From Eubacteriales bacterium (GTDB lineage: Bacteria > Bacillota > Clostridia > Christensenellales > UMGS416), in contig JAQUVY010000001.1 in the NCBI GenBank assembly GCA_028693155.1, positions 1 to 61,991 of the forward strand: DNA of 61,991 nucleotides. Direction: 5' to 3'. Every line of letters starts with the position of its first letter. Positions within the stretch are counted from its first letter, which is position 1. Positions 36,992 through 46,154 of the stretch are shown one piece after another. Below the pieces are notes generated by a model. It saw only the letters and a list, made by a program, of their open reading frames with translations, was not told the DNA's origin and did no database searches. The position numbers and the translations under genes were made by a program.

Positions 36992-38488
36992 ATGAATCAA
37001 AAGGCTTCTCTGGCCATGAGTGCGCTTTCCGGGCTGCTCATGGCCGTTTGTTTTTCCTGCCCTGCGCTGCAGTTTGGGGCGTTCGCGGCGCTGACGCCGC
37101 TGTGGCTGGCGCTGCGGCGGGTCAAGAGCTATGCCCGGGCATGGAAATGCCTTTTTACATGGGGCACGGTTTATCACGCCGGTGTGCTGCACTGGCTTTA
37201 TGCTATGGCACCTCTGACCCGGTATGGCATGGCGTGGCTGCCCTCGGTGCTACTGCTTGGCGCGGCCATCGCGGCCATTGCCCTGCTGCAAGGCATGGTG
37301 CTGGCGCTGCCCGCTGCCTGCTGCGCTCGTTTCCCAGGCAATGTGTGGGCGTTTGGCTGCCTGTTTGTGCTGGGCGAGGGGGCGCTGGGGCTGCTGGGCG
37401 AGCTGGCGTTTCCCTGGGCGCGCATCGGCATGGCCTGCACGGCGTCGGGGTGGATGCAGCCGGCATCGCTGTTTGGCACGTTGGGTCTGAGCCTGGCGCT
37501 GGCCTGGGTCAACGCCTGGTTGGGGGAGGCGCTTTGTCGGCGCAGTGTGCGCGCGCTGGCGGCAGCGGTGGGCATCGCCGCCGCCCAGTTTGCGGCGGGG
37601 GGTGCGCTGCTCAAGCTGCCGCAAGAGCAGGGTGAACCGCGTGCGGTGCTTCTGGTGCAGGGCAACCTGAACGGCGCAGATAAATGGGACGTGACGCAGC
37701 AGGAAGCGTTGGCTGTGTACCTGAAGCTTTCGGCCGACGCTGCGCGTTTGGGCGCGGATTGGGTCATCTGGAACGAAACGGGCATTTTGGATGACCTGAG
37801 CCAAAACCGGGAGCTGAGCGCAGCGGCGATGAGCTATGCGCGCAATGCGCAGGTCGCGGTGCTGTGCGGGGCATTGCGCAGGGCGGATGCGGAGTCGCCG
37901 CCTCAAAATGTGGCGCAGGTGGTGGACGGGCGAGGGGTGCAGGGGTATTATGCCAAGCGCGTGCTGGTGCCTTTTGGCGAAAGCCTGCCCCTGCAAGGCT
38001 TGTGGGGCGGCGTTTTTCCTCGGGCGCGGGCAAACCTGACGGCGGGGAATGCCGCCGGGCCGATCGCGATGGGAGCCGACCGTGTGGGGGTGCTGATCTG
38101 CTATGAATCGGTTTTTCCGCGCATTGCCCGGGAAAATGCGGCGGGGGCGGGCGTACTGGCGGTGCTGACCAACGATTCCTGGTTTGGGCGGTCAGCGGCG
38201 CTGGAGCAACATTGCCGACATGCGCGGTTTCGAGCGGTGGAGCAGGGCAAATGGCTGCTGCGCGCGGCCAACACGGGCATCACCTGCGTGATCTCTCCGC
38301 AAGGAGAAGTGCGCGCCCAGCTGCCGGTGGGCAGCGCCGGTGCGTTGTTTGCCCGGGTGTTTCTCCGCCGGGGGAGCACGGTTTATGCAAAAACAGGCGA
38401 TGTGGTGCTGCTGCCGGGGATGGGTTTATTGCTTTGGGCAGTACTTGGAAAAAGGCTGCGCCGTGCTCGGCAGTTTATGGTAAGATGA
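36992..38488 (+). CDS. lnt: Apolipoprotein N-acyltransferase
   Basis: N-terminal multi-TM region plus a CN-hydrolase domain with VIWNETG (Glu), YAKRVLVPFGE (Lys), LICYESVFP (Cys) and TNDSWFGRSAALEQH. RBS gaaggaga before ATG 36992. Confidence 0.85.
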   Translation: MNQKASLAMSALSGLLMAVCFSCPALQFGAFAALTPLWLALRRVKSYARAWKCLFTWGTVYHAGVLHWLYAMAPLTRYGMAWLPSVLLLGAAIAAIALLQGMVLALPAACCARFPGNVWAFGCLFVLGEGALGLLGELAFPWARIGMACTASGWMQPASLFGTLGLSLALAWVNAWLGEALCRRSVRALAAAVGIAAAQFAAGGALLKLPQEQGEPRAVLLVQGNLNGADKWDVTQQEALAVYLKLSADAARLGADWVIWNETGILDDLSQNRELSAAAMSYARNAQVAVLCGALRRADAESPPQNVAQVVDGRGVQGYYAKRVLVPFGESLPLQGLWGGVFPRARANLTAGNAAGPIAMGADRVGVLICYESVFPRIARENAAGAGVLAVLTNDSWFGRSAALEQHCRHARFRAVEQGKWLLRAANTGITCVISPQGEVRAQLPVGSAGALFARVFLRRGSTVYAKTGDVVLLPGMGLLLWAVLGKRLRRARQFMVR

Positions 38489-38512
38489 AGAAAAAACAAA
38501 GGAGAGAGTTCC

Positions 38513-39376
38513 ATGTTTTTCTTTGGTACCGGCGCCGCGGAAATGGTGCCCAATCCCTTTTGCGACTGCCCCGTGTGCGAACGCGCCCGGCAAAGCGGCG
38601 AGACACCCCGCAAACGCAGCGCCATGATGGTGGACGAGCACTGCATGTTTGATTTTGGCCCCGAGGTGGCCGCCGCCAGCCAGATGTACGGCCGCCCGCT
38701 CAATCAATTGACGGATGTGTTCATCACCCATACCCATGAGGATCATTTTTCCTTCAGCAGCTTTGATATTCTGACCATGACGAACACCTGGGCGGGAAAA
38801 TGCCTGAATGTGTGGCTGTCCCCCGGCGGGCTGGAATGGGTGCAGGGCTATCTGCGGGCGATGGAAACGATCTGCGGAGAAAAGGCGGAGTTTGCCCGGC
38901 TGCTGGAGAGCGACGCCGTGGCGCTGCGCGAAGCGCGCCCGTATGAATGGGGAGAGGCCGGGGACAAACGCTTTTTTGCGGTAGAGAGCAACCACGGCCT
39001 GCACGCACAGCGGGAGCACGCGCTGAATTACCTGCTGGAGATGCCGCACGGCGAGCTGGTGCTTTACGTTTGCGACGCGGGGCTGTGGCCGGAAAAGAAC
39101 TTTGCCGCGCTGGCGGGCGCGCGGGCGCAGACCCTGGTGATGGAGTGCACCTTCGGCTCGCAGGACATCGGCGTGGACTGGAGCCATCTCAACGCCGCCC
39201 ATTTTGCACAGATGGTGGAGCGTATGGAAAAAGAAGGCGTAATCACGCCTGAAACCCGGGTGTATGCCACCCATATCAATCAGGTGCAGCACTTCAGCCA
39301 TGCCCAGCTGCAGGCGTGGTTCGATGCCCACTGCGCGCATCCTGTTACCGTGGCGCAGGACGGAATGGAGATCTGA
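38513..39376 (+). CDS. MBL-fold metallo-hydrolase
   Basis: 287 aa. CDCPVCERAR zinc-knuckle-like N-terminus and the HxHxDH motif FITHTHEDHFS. Confidence 0.75.
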   Translation: MFFFGTGAAEMVPNPFCDCPVCERARQSGETPRKRSAMMVDEHCMFDFGPEVAAASQMYGRPLNQLTDVFITHTHEDHFSFSSFDILTMTNTWAGKCLNVWLSPGGLEWVQGYLRAMETICGEKAEFARLLESDAVALREARPYEWGEAGDKRFFAVESNHGLHAQREHALNYLLEMPHGELVLYVCDAGLWPEKNFAALAGARAQTLVMECTFGSQDIGVDWSHLNAAHFAQMVERMEKEGVITPETRVYATHINQVQHFSHAQLQAWFDAHCAHPVTVAQDGMEI

Positions 39377-39533
39377 CCAAAGCGCATAAAATGATGGTTT
39401 GGTGTGAGATAAGTGTTTTTATGCGGCGGATGTTTTGAACGCGGATGCAGGGGTATATTATTAAGTAAAGAGGCCGGCGCAGCGGAAGGAGACGCCGTCT
39501 CGGGTATTCCATATCAACGAAGGGAGTACATGT

Positions 39534-40073
39534 ATGAAGATTACTGTTACCGGAAAAAACCTCTCCGTTACCCCCGCTTTGAAAGAAACCGCGGAGAAAA
39601 AACTGAAAAAACTGGATCGATATTTTCGTGAAGATACCCCGGTAAACGTGGTTCTGTCAGTGGACGGCTATCGCCAGACCTGTGAGGTTACCATTCCCTT
39701 TGCGCGCGTCACGCTGCGCGGGGAGGCCATGACGCAGGATATGTACGCATCCATTGATGAGGTGCTGGAAATTCTGGAAGGGCAGATCCGCCGCCATCGC
39801 ACGCGCCTGAGCAAGCGCCTGCGCCCCGAGCAGCCCGAGATCGTGGCCTGGCCCGAGGAGGAAGAGGAGCCCGCCGCACCCAAAATTGTGCGCACGAAGC
39901 GCTTTGCCATCAAGCCCATGATGACCGAAGAGGCGGTGCTGCAAATGCAGCTGCTGGGGCACGACTTCTTTGTATATCTCAATGCTCAAACCGACGAGGT
40001 CAATGTGGTCTATCTGCGCAAGGATGGCAATTATGGCCTGATCGAGCCCACCTTTGACGAGGACGACGAATAG
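39534..40073 (+). CDS. hpf: Ribosome hibernation-promoting factor, long form
   Basis: 179 aa. MKITVTGKNLSVTPALKETAEKKLKKLDRYF ... and the C-terminal dimerisation domain RTKRFAIKPMMTEEAVLQMQLLGHDFFVY. Confidence 0.9.
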   Translation: MKITVTGKNLSVTPALKETAEKKLKKLDRYFREDTPVNVVLSVDGYRQTCEVTIPFARVTLRGEAMTQDMYASIDEVLEILEGQIRRHRTRLSKRLRPEQPEIVAWPEEEEEPAAPKIVRTKRFAIKPMMTEEAVLQMQLLGHDFFVYLNAQTDEVNVVYLRKDGNYGLIEPTFDEDDE

Positions 40074-40218
40074 AATAGAGACAACAGGTGCTGAGAAGCA
40101 CCCGATCAAGCAGACAGGGCCTGGAGAGAAACAATCTCCGGGCTCTGTTTTGTTTTTTATGTATAAGCAAAAGGCCATTTGCCCATACTGTTCCCAGAAA
40201 ATGACATGGAGGCAAAAG

Positions 40219-40848
40219 ATGAAAAAGATCGCAGTTGTGGGGGCGGTTGCGCTGGCGCTGGCGGCGCTCCTGAGCGGGTGCCGCGCGGCGCAGGGTCCTC
40301 AGCGCAGCGGTGTGGTACGCCTGCATATCGTGGCCAACAGCGACCGGGCGGTCGATCAAAGTGAAAAACTGCGGGTGCGGGACGCGCTGATGGTTGAATT
40401 TTCCGCGCGGTTTGCGGATCTGGACGACGCAGACTGCGCCTGGAACACGCTGGGCGAGGTGAAGGACGAAATGGCAGCCGCCGTAGAAACGCTGCTGCGG
40501 CAGGACGGATTTGCCTACGGAGCGCGCATCACGCTGGCCACCGAGGCTTTTCCCGCCCGCAATTACATGGGCAGAGTGTGGCCGACGGGTGAGTATCGCA
40601 CGGTGCGGGTGTTGCTGGGCGAGGCCGCGGGGAAAAACTGGTGGTGCGTCATGTATCCGCCGCTTTGCATCGCCGACACGGTGGGCGATGTGGATATGGA
40701 AAAGTATTACGACCAGATCCGCGGGATGAGCGACCCGGAGGAGGACCCTCCCAAAGCGCCGGTGCGTTCTTATTTCTTCGACCGCTGGTGGAAGGGTGAG
40801 GACTGGGACGCGTGGTTTGCCAAAATGACGAAAAAATTTCTGGGTTGA
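40219..40848 (+). CDS. spoIIR: Stage II sporulation protein R
   Basis: ATG 40219 after ggagg. Signal peptide, then VRLHIVANSDRAVDQSEKLRVRDAL ... GKNWWCVMYPPLC. Confidence 0.85.
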   Translation: MKKIAVVGAVALALAALLSGCRAAQGPQRSGVVRLHIVANSDRAVDQSEKLRVRDALMVEFSARFADLDDADCAWNTLGEVKDEMAAAVETLLRQDGFAYGARITLATEAFPARNYMGRVWPTGEYRTVRVLLGEAAGKNWWCVMYPPLCIADTVGDVDMEKYYDQIRGMSDPEEDPPKAPVRSYFFDRWWKGEDWDAWFAKMTKKFLG

Positions 40849-40862
40849 AAAGGAGTGAAGGC

Positions 40863-41537
40863 ATGAAGAAAAAGTGGAAGTACGGGCTGCTGGCGCTGGT
40901 TATGGTGCTGTCGCTGCTCCCGGCCAACATCGCCCGCGCGGACTTGCGCAAGGGGGATTCGGGAAGCTTGGTGCGCGAGGTGCAAAGCCGACTCAAAAAA
41001 TGAGGTTATTACGACGGCGCGGTGGATGGAAATTTCGGCGCAGGCACCGAGGAGGCCGTGAAAAAATTTCAGGCCCAATATTATTTGAATGCCGACGGCG
41101 TCATCGGCGAGGCGACGGCGCGCAAGATCGGCATCACGCTGACCGGAGCTTCCAGCGGATACAGCGGCTCCAGCGGAGATTATTCCGCAAGCGATGTGTA
41201 TTTGCTGGCCAAGGTGGTGTACGGAGAAGCGCGCGGAGAGCCCTACGCGGGCAAGGTGGCCGTGGCGGCGGTGGTGCTCAACCGTGTGGAGAGCAAAAAC
41301 TTCCCCAATACCATCGCCGGGGTGGTGTATCAACCCGGTGCGTTTACCGCAGTGTCCGACGGGCAGATCAATCTCTCGCCCGATGAAGAGGCGGTGCGAG
41401 CCGCGCGGGACGCCATCAACGGGTGGGATCCCAGCGGCAACGCATTGTACTATTACAACCCCGCCATTGCCACGTCTCAGTGGATTTATTCCAGGCAGGT
41501 CATTACGGTAATAGGAGGACACCGCTTTGCGATATGA
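40863..41537 (+). pseudogene. sleB: SleB-type spore cortex-lytic enzyme gene interrupted by an in-frame TGA
   Basis: Signal peptide and the first half of a PG_binding_1 repeat (LRKGDSGSLVREVQSRLKK) stop at TGA 41001-41003. The same frame then continues GYYDGAVDGNFGAGTEEAVKKFQ ... and the Hydrolase_2 domain (VVYGEARGEPYAGKVAVAAVVLNRV). Confidence 0.8.
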
Positions 41538-42870
41538 GGGAAAGGAGCTGCTGAAGCGATGGCTGTTGCCGGCGGTGCTGGCAGCGGCGCTGGTCGCGGC
41601 GGTGGTCTGGGGGGCCACGCGCTCGGCGCAGGTGAGCGCCCTGGAGATGGAGCAAAACAATGCTTACACACGTTCGGTGTATGAGGTGACCGAGCACATG
41701 GGCATTGTGGAGCTTGATTTGGCCAAGCTCATGGTATCCGGCTCGCCGGGCGTTAATGTATCGCTGTTGGCGGAGATCGCCCGGCGGGCCGACGGTGCGG
41801 TGCAGAGCGTGACCAGCCTGCCGCTGGCGCAGTCCGCCTCGGGGAGCTTTACCGGCTTTGCCAACACGGTGGGGGATTACGCCCGCGCGCTGTTGGAGCA
41901 GGCCTCCCGGGGCGATCCGCTGACCTATGAGCAGATTGAGCAGCTCAAACAGCTGCACAGCAACTGCGTCATGCTCAATACGCAGTTGAAAAACATGGCG
42001 CAGGAGCCCATCACCTTCGCCCGCATTACCAGCGAAAGCTTCTTTAACTGGGAGGGCGATGAGCTGTCTTCCAAGCTTTACGAGATCAACCAAAACGGAC
42101 CGGAAATTCCGGCGCTCATCTACGACGGCCCGTTCAGCGATGCGCTTACCGGAAAGGCCGCCAAGGGGTTGGCCGCAGGCATTGCGGAGGAGGCCGCGGC
42201 TATGGCCGAGGCCGCTCGCTATCTTGGTTTGAATGATACCCAGAGCATCGAGTCGCTAGGCTTGTGCGAGGGAGCGCTCAGCGCCTTTTGCTTCAATGCC
42301 ACGGATAAAAACGGCGACCCGGTCTATCTGCAGGTTTCTCGCCAGGGCTGCAAGGTGGTGCTGATGCTGCGGGACTGCGCGGCGCAGCAGGGAAGCATCA
42401 CGCTGGAGCAGTGCACGCAGGTGGCGCAGGAATTTTTGAAGAGCAACGGCATTGAGCCGGTAATTTCCACCTGGACGCAGCAGTATGGCGGTATGGCGGT
42501 GATCAACTTTGCCGCCAAGCAGGACAGCGCCGTGCTGTACCCGGACCTCATCAAGGTAAAGGTGCGCACGGATACAGGGGAGGTAGCGGCGGTAGACGCG
42601 GCGGGGTATTATATGAACCATACCCAGCGAACCCTTACCACCCCGCAAAAACCGTTGGAAGAGGTGCGCCAGCTGGTGTCTTCTCAACTGGACATTCAGC
42701 GCGAGCAGCTCTGCGTCATTCCCACCGACGGCGGCGAGGAAAGGCTGGTGTGGGAATTCATGGGAAAGTTTGCCGATGAGACCTACATCGTCTATTTGGA
42801 TGTTGCCACAGGAGACGAGGTCAAGGTGTTCAAGATCATCAACACCCAGACCGGCGCGCTGACCGTATAA
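41527..42870 (+). CDS. ypeB: Germination protein YpeB (SleB partner, PepSY domains)
   Basis: 447 aa. TTG start 8 nt after aggagg. N-terminal TM, then NNAYTRSVYEVTEHM... Located directly after sleB as in Bacillus. Confidence 0.8.
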   Translation: MRYEGKELLKRWLLPAVLAAALVAAVVWGATRSAQVSALEMEQNNAYTRSVYEVTEHMGIVELDLAKLMVSGSPGVNVSLLAEIARRADGAVQSVTSLPLAQSASGSFTGFANTVGDYARALLEQASRGDPLTYEQIEQLKQLHSNCVMLNTQLKNMAQEPITFARITSESFFNWEGDELSSKLYEINQNGPEIPALIYDGPFSDALTGKAAKGLAAGIAEEAAAMAEAARYLGLNDTQSIESLGLCEGALSAFCFNATDKNGDPVYLQVSRQGCKVVLMLRDCAAQQGSITLEQCTQVAQEFLKSNGIEPVISTWTQQYGGMAVINFAAKQDSAVLYPDLIKVKVRTDTGEVAAVDAAGYYMNHTQRTLTTPQKPLEEVRQLVSSQLDIQREQLCVIPTDGGEERLVWEFMGKFADETYIVYLDVATGDEVKVFKIINTQTGALTV

Positions 42871-43004
42871 CCGTCGGTTGCAAAACAGATACAAAAAGTT
42901 CAAATCCGCAGCCCGGGTTTGGACTTTTTTTAGATGCCGCTTTCATGTATAATAAACATCTACATGCTGTGGCACTGCCGCAAGCAGGGAGAAAGGAAGG
43001 AACT

Positions 43005-44225
43005 ATGAAAAAAATATGGAAAGTGGCTGTTTGCACGCTGCTGGGGGCCGCCATGGTGCTCAGCGCGGGCTGCAATAAAAATAAAGCAGGGCAGGCCAGT
43101 GCGCCGCAGGGGGAGCAACCCGCGCCGCTGGCGACGATCTGGGAGCTGTATGATCCCTACGGTGCCTGGGTCGATAAAATGACACTGGATGCCCAGGGAG
43201 GCTTGCTGCTGGGAGATCAGGCCGGGAAGTGGTCGGCCAAGGGCGATAAACTGACCCTGGCTACCGATGACGGGCAGACCTTTGTGTTCACCTATGTGAT
43301 CGACGGGTATCAGATGGTGCTGAAAAACAGCGTGATGGGCACGCAGCTGACCTTTCTGGCGCCGGAAGTCTTCGTCGCGGGCGATAACGATGCTTCGCTG
43401 GTCAACACCTGGATGGATAAGGACGGCGTCAACTACATTCAGCTCAGCACGGACGGAAAGTATCACGCTGCCGATGTGAACGGGACTTATGAGCTCAACA
43501 GTGTGTACTTTGCCCGCGATGGAATCATGCGCCTGTATAATCAGGAGAACGCTTCCCATGAGTATTACGGCTACACGGCTGATGAGGATCAGAAAACCCT
43601 CACTTTGCAGGAGGTCGGCGTGACCGGCGGCGGCGAGTATACCTACTACGCCCAGCGCGCGGCTCAGGATTTTGCCGGGGAGTGGCTGCAGATTGCCAGC
43701 AACGGCGAAGGCGAGCTGCCCAGAAAGGTCGTGCTCAACGCGGACGGCACCGGTCAAATTTCCGGGGGATCTTCCAAGGACTTCACCTGGAGCGCTTACG
43801 GCGGCAATATGGTGATCAAGGACACGAACGGCGGAAGCCTGGATTATTCGTTCACCATTTGGGGCGGCACCATGTATGTTTCCAACGAGGTGGACGGTGC
43901 GGCCATGCTGGTGTGCAACGACCACATCACCGACGTGGACGGCGATGCGGAGAAGATCGTTGGCAATTGGAGCAATGGGGACGGCACGGTAAAGATGACG
44001 CTGGACGCCCAGGGGACAATTAAGCTGACGGTTCCCGGCGTGGGCGGCGAAACCGCCACCATCAGCGGCACGGCGCGCTATGGCGCAGAGCTGTTGATGA
44101 TCGACTCGGGTGAGCAGGAAACGTATTATCTCTATCAGCTGAATGAGGACACGCTGACGCTGACGGAGGCTGCCTCTGCTTACGCCAATGTGCAGGCCAG
44201 CTGGACGCTGAGCAAGCAGCAATAA
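43005..44225 (+). CDS. Lipoprotein built from repeated lipocalin-like modules
   Basis: ATG 43005. Lipobox VLSAGC. MTLDAQG occurs twice, with recurring G-W-S-x-G-D-x-L-T-L modules. Confidence 0.65.
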   Translation: MKKIWKVAVCTLLGAAMVLSAGCNKNKAGQASAPQGEQPAPLATIWELYDPYGAWVDKMTLDAQGGLLLGDQAGKWSAKGDKLTLATDDGQTFVFTYVIDGYQMVLKNSVMGTQLTFLAPEVFVAGDNDASLVNTWMDKDGVNYIQLSTDGKYHAADVNGTYELNSVYFARDGIMRLYNQENASHEYYGYTADEDQKTLTLQEVGVTGGGEYTYYAQRAAQDFAGEWLQIASNGEGELPRKVVLNADGTGQISGGSSKDFTWSAYGGNMVIKDTNGGSLDYSFTIWGGTMYVSNEVDGAAMLVCNDHITDVDGDAEKIVGNWSNGDGTVKMTLDAQGTIKLTVPGVGGETATISGTARYGAELLMIDSGEQETYYLYQLNEDTLTLTEAASAYANVQASWTLSKQQ

Positions 44226-44291
44226 GGCATTTGTGATTTAAGGACGCCGCCGGTGAATTTCACCGACGGCGTCCTTTTTTGCGCCAAAATA

Positions 44292-45227
44292 TCAGCCAAC
44301 GCCGGGCGCGGTCATGACGGCGGCATAGTCGCCGATCTGCTCGCCCAATGCCGCCGGCAGGATGGCGCAGGCGGCCATGGCGCGCGGCAGAGCCTGGGCA
44401 GCGGAGGCTTTTTCCACCAGCGGCTGCAGCAGCGCTTCGTTGCGCGCGTAGATGCTGCCAATCACAATTGCCTGGGGGTTAAGCAGGTCAATGAGGATGG
44501 CCAGTCCGCGCCCCAGCTGAGTGCCCACGGTTTCCACAATGCTTTGGCACAGGGCATCTCCCTTATGGGCGCCTTCAAATACATCGCGGGCGCTGACGGC
44601 TGCGCCCAAAGCGTGCAGCGGATGGCGTTGACCGCATTGGGCAAGCTCGGTCAGCTTCATGAGCGCCAGCTGCCGGATGCCGCCCCCGCTGCAAAATCCC
44701 TCCATGGACCCGGCTTTGCCATACCCCACCGGGCCAAAGGGCGCAAGACTGATATGCCCGGCCTCGCCCGCCATATCGTTGCTGCCGGCGTAGAGCCGCC
44801 CATCCAGAATAAGCCCGGCACCCAGCCCCGTTCCGAAGGTGAGAAAGACCATATTGCGCGTGCCCCTGCCCGCGCCCAGCTTCCACTCGGCCCATGCGCA
44901 GGCGTTGGCGTCGTTGCGCAGCGCGCAGGGCACGCCAAAGCGCCGGGTAAAAAAGTCCGTGATGGCGACCCGATCCCAGCCGGGCAGGTTTGGCGGGGAA
45001 AGGATCAACCCCGAGGCGCTGTCCAGCGGGCCGCCGCAGCTGATGCCCAGCGCGTCAAAGCTGCACTGATCCAGCACCGCGGCGAATTTTTCCAGCGCGT
45101 CCTGCGGGGTGGAAAACTGCGCGGTGGGAAATTCTTCGCGCCGGGTGATACAGCAGTGCCCCGCGGTATAATCGGCGGTGATGACGGCACATTTGGTGCC
45201 GCCGATGTCCAAACCGGCTAGTTTCAT
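44292..45227 (-). CDS. ROK-family sugar kinase
   Basis: Start ATG 45227 (RBS gaggagg). MKLAGLDIGGTKCAV ... NDANACAWAE ... GTGLGAGLILDGRLY ... GEAGHI. Confidence 0.85.
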   Translation of the reverse strand: MKLAGLDIGGTKCAVITADYTAGHCCITRREEFPTAQFSTPQDALEKFAAVLDQCSFDALGISCGGPLDSASGLILSPPNLPGWDRVAITDFFTRRFGVPCALRNDANACAWAEWKLGAGRGTRNMVFLTFGTGLGAGLILDGRLYAGSNDMAGEAGHISLAPFGPVGYGKAGSMEGFCSGGGIRQLALMKLTELAQCGQRHPLHALGAAVSARDVFEGAHKGDALCQSIVETVGTQLGRGLAILIDLLNPQAIVIGSIYARNEALLQPLVEKASAAQALPRAMAACAILPAALGEQIGDYAAVMTAPGVG

Positions 45228-45243
45228 GGCTTTCGTGGCCTCC

Positions 45244-45879
45244 TCATTCCTGAAAAAATGCCGCTTCGGTGCAGGCGCACAGCGCGTGATACAGCGCAAG
45301 ATGGTATTCCTGCACCTGATACGTTTCCTGAGCCGGCGCGCGCAGGCATACGTCACACAGCGCGTTTAGACGGCCTCCATCCGCGCCGGTTAAGCCGATG
45401 ATGTGCAGCTGCGCGGCACGGGCGGCAAACGCGGCGTTTACCACGTTTTTGGAGTTGCCGGAGGTGGACAGCGCGATCAGCACATCCCCAGGCTTCCCAT
45501 AGGCGAACACCTGCTGCGCATAGACCATGGAGGGGTCCACGTCGTTGGAAAAGGCGCTGATGAGCCCGGCCTGGCTGACCAGGGAGATGGCTGCAAGTCC
45601 CTGCTGCAGCCCATCCGCAAAGCCCTCGGGCAGGCCGGGCACGGCGGCCAAGCGGGCGCGCTGCTCCGGGCTGAGGGGTCTGCGGCATAAAAAGCCCTTC
45701 ATGAGCTCGCCGACAATATGCTCGCTGTCTGCGGCACTGCCTCCATTGCCGCAGGTCAGCACCTTGCCCCCGGCGGCGTAGCAGGCCACAAGCACGGCGC
45801 AGGCGCGCGTCAGTTCGTCGCGCAAGGGTGCCAACGCAGGAATGCGCGCTGCCAGTTCTGTGATCATGCGGTCGTCCAT
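45244..45879 (-). CDS. SIS-domain sugar-phosphate isomerase (GmhA-like)
   Basis: Start ATG 45879 (RBS gggaggaag). KVLTCGNGGSAADSEHIVGEL ... DVLIALSTSGNSKNV. Confidence 0.8.
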   Translation of the reverse strand: MDDRMITELAARIPALAPLRDELTRACAVLVACYAAGGKVLTCGNGGSAADSEHIVGELMKGFLCRRPLSPEQRARLAAVPGLPEGFADGLQQGLAAISLVSQAGLISAFSNDVDPSMVYAQQVFAYGKPGDVLIALSTSGNSKNVVNAAFAARAAQLHIIGLTGADGGRLNALCDVCLRAPAQETYQVQEYHLALYHALCACTEAAFFQE

Positions 45880-46120
45880 ATCGTTCCCTCTTCCTCCCAA
45901 ATCATTTTTCCTTATCATGATGGACGCGTTGTGGGTTGTCAAGACGCGGCGGCATATCCGCGCTGCGTTTAAACGGTTTTTATGGGCAGCGGGCAGCTTA
46001 TCTAAAAAGCTTTTAGCGGATGCGCAGTTTTTTGTGCCCGGGCGGTTTTTGCGGGCGGACGGAAAACGGGCAAGTTGGAAGCGCTTGGCGAGTCAGCGAA
46101 AAAAAACACTGATTTGGCAC

Positions 46121-46148
46121 TTGGTTTCTTGAAAAAACAGAGTATAAT
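46121..46148 (+). promoter_or_regulatory. Candidate promoter (TTGGTT, 16-nt spacer, TATAAT) of an orphan RNA unit
   Basis: ttggtt at 46121-46126 and tataat at 46143-46148, in a 650-bp gene-free interval. Confidence 0.45.
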
Positions 46149-46154
46149 CAATTG

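Noticed and set aside
41001-41003. TGA in sleB as evidence for genome-wide TGA reassignment or selenocysteine
   Set aside because: glgB, glgC, glgP, the GH13 gene, sfsA and many other genes here terminate at TGA at the family-typical length, so TGA is a normal stop. SleB is not a redox enzyme, and I see no hairpin resembling a bacterial SECIS directly downstream.
42960-45221. 420-aa minus ORF antisense to the repeat lipoprotein, and 322-aa plus ORF antisense to the ROK kinase
   Set aside because: The opposite strands encode a lipobox signal peptide and ROK motifs respectively. The antisense products are Arg/Gly/His-rich.
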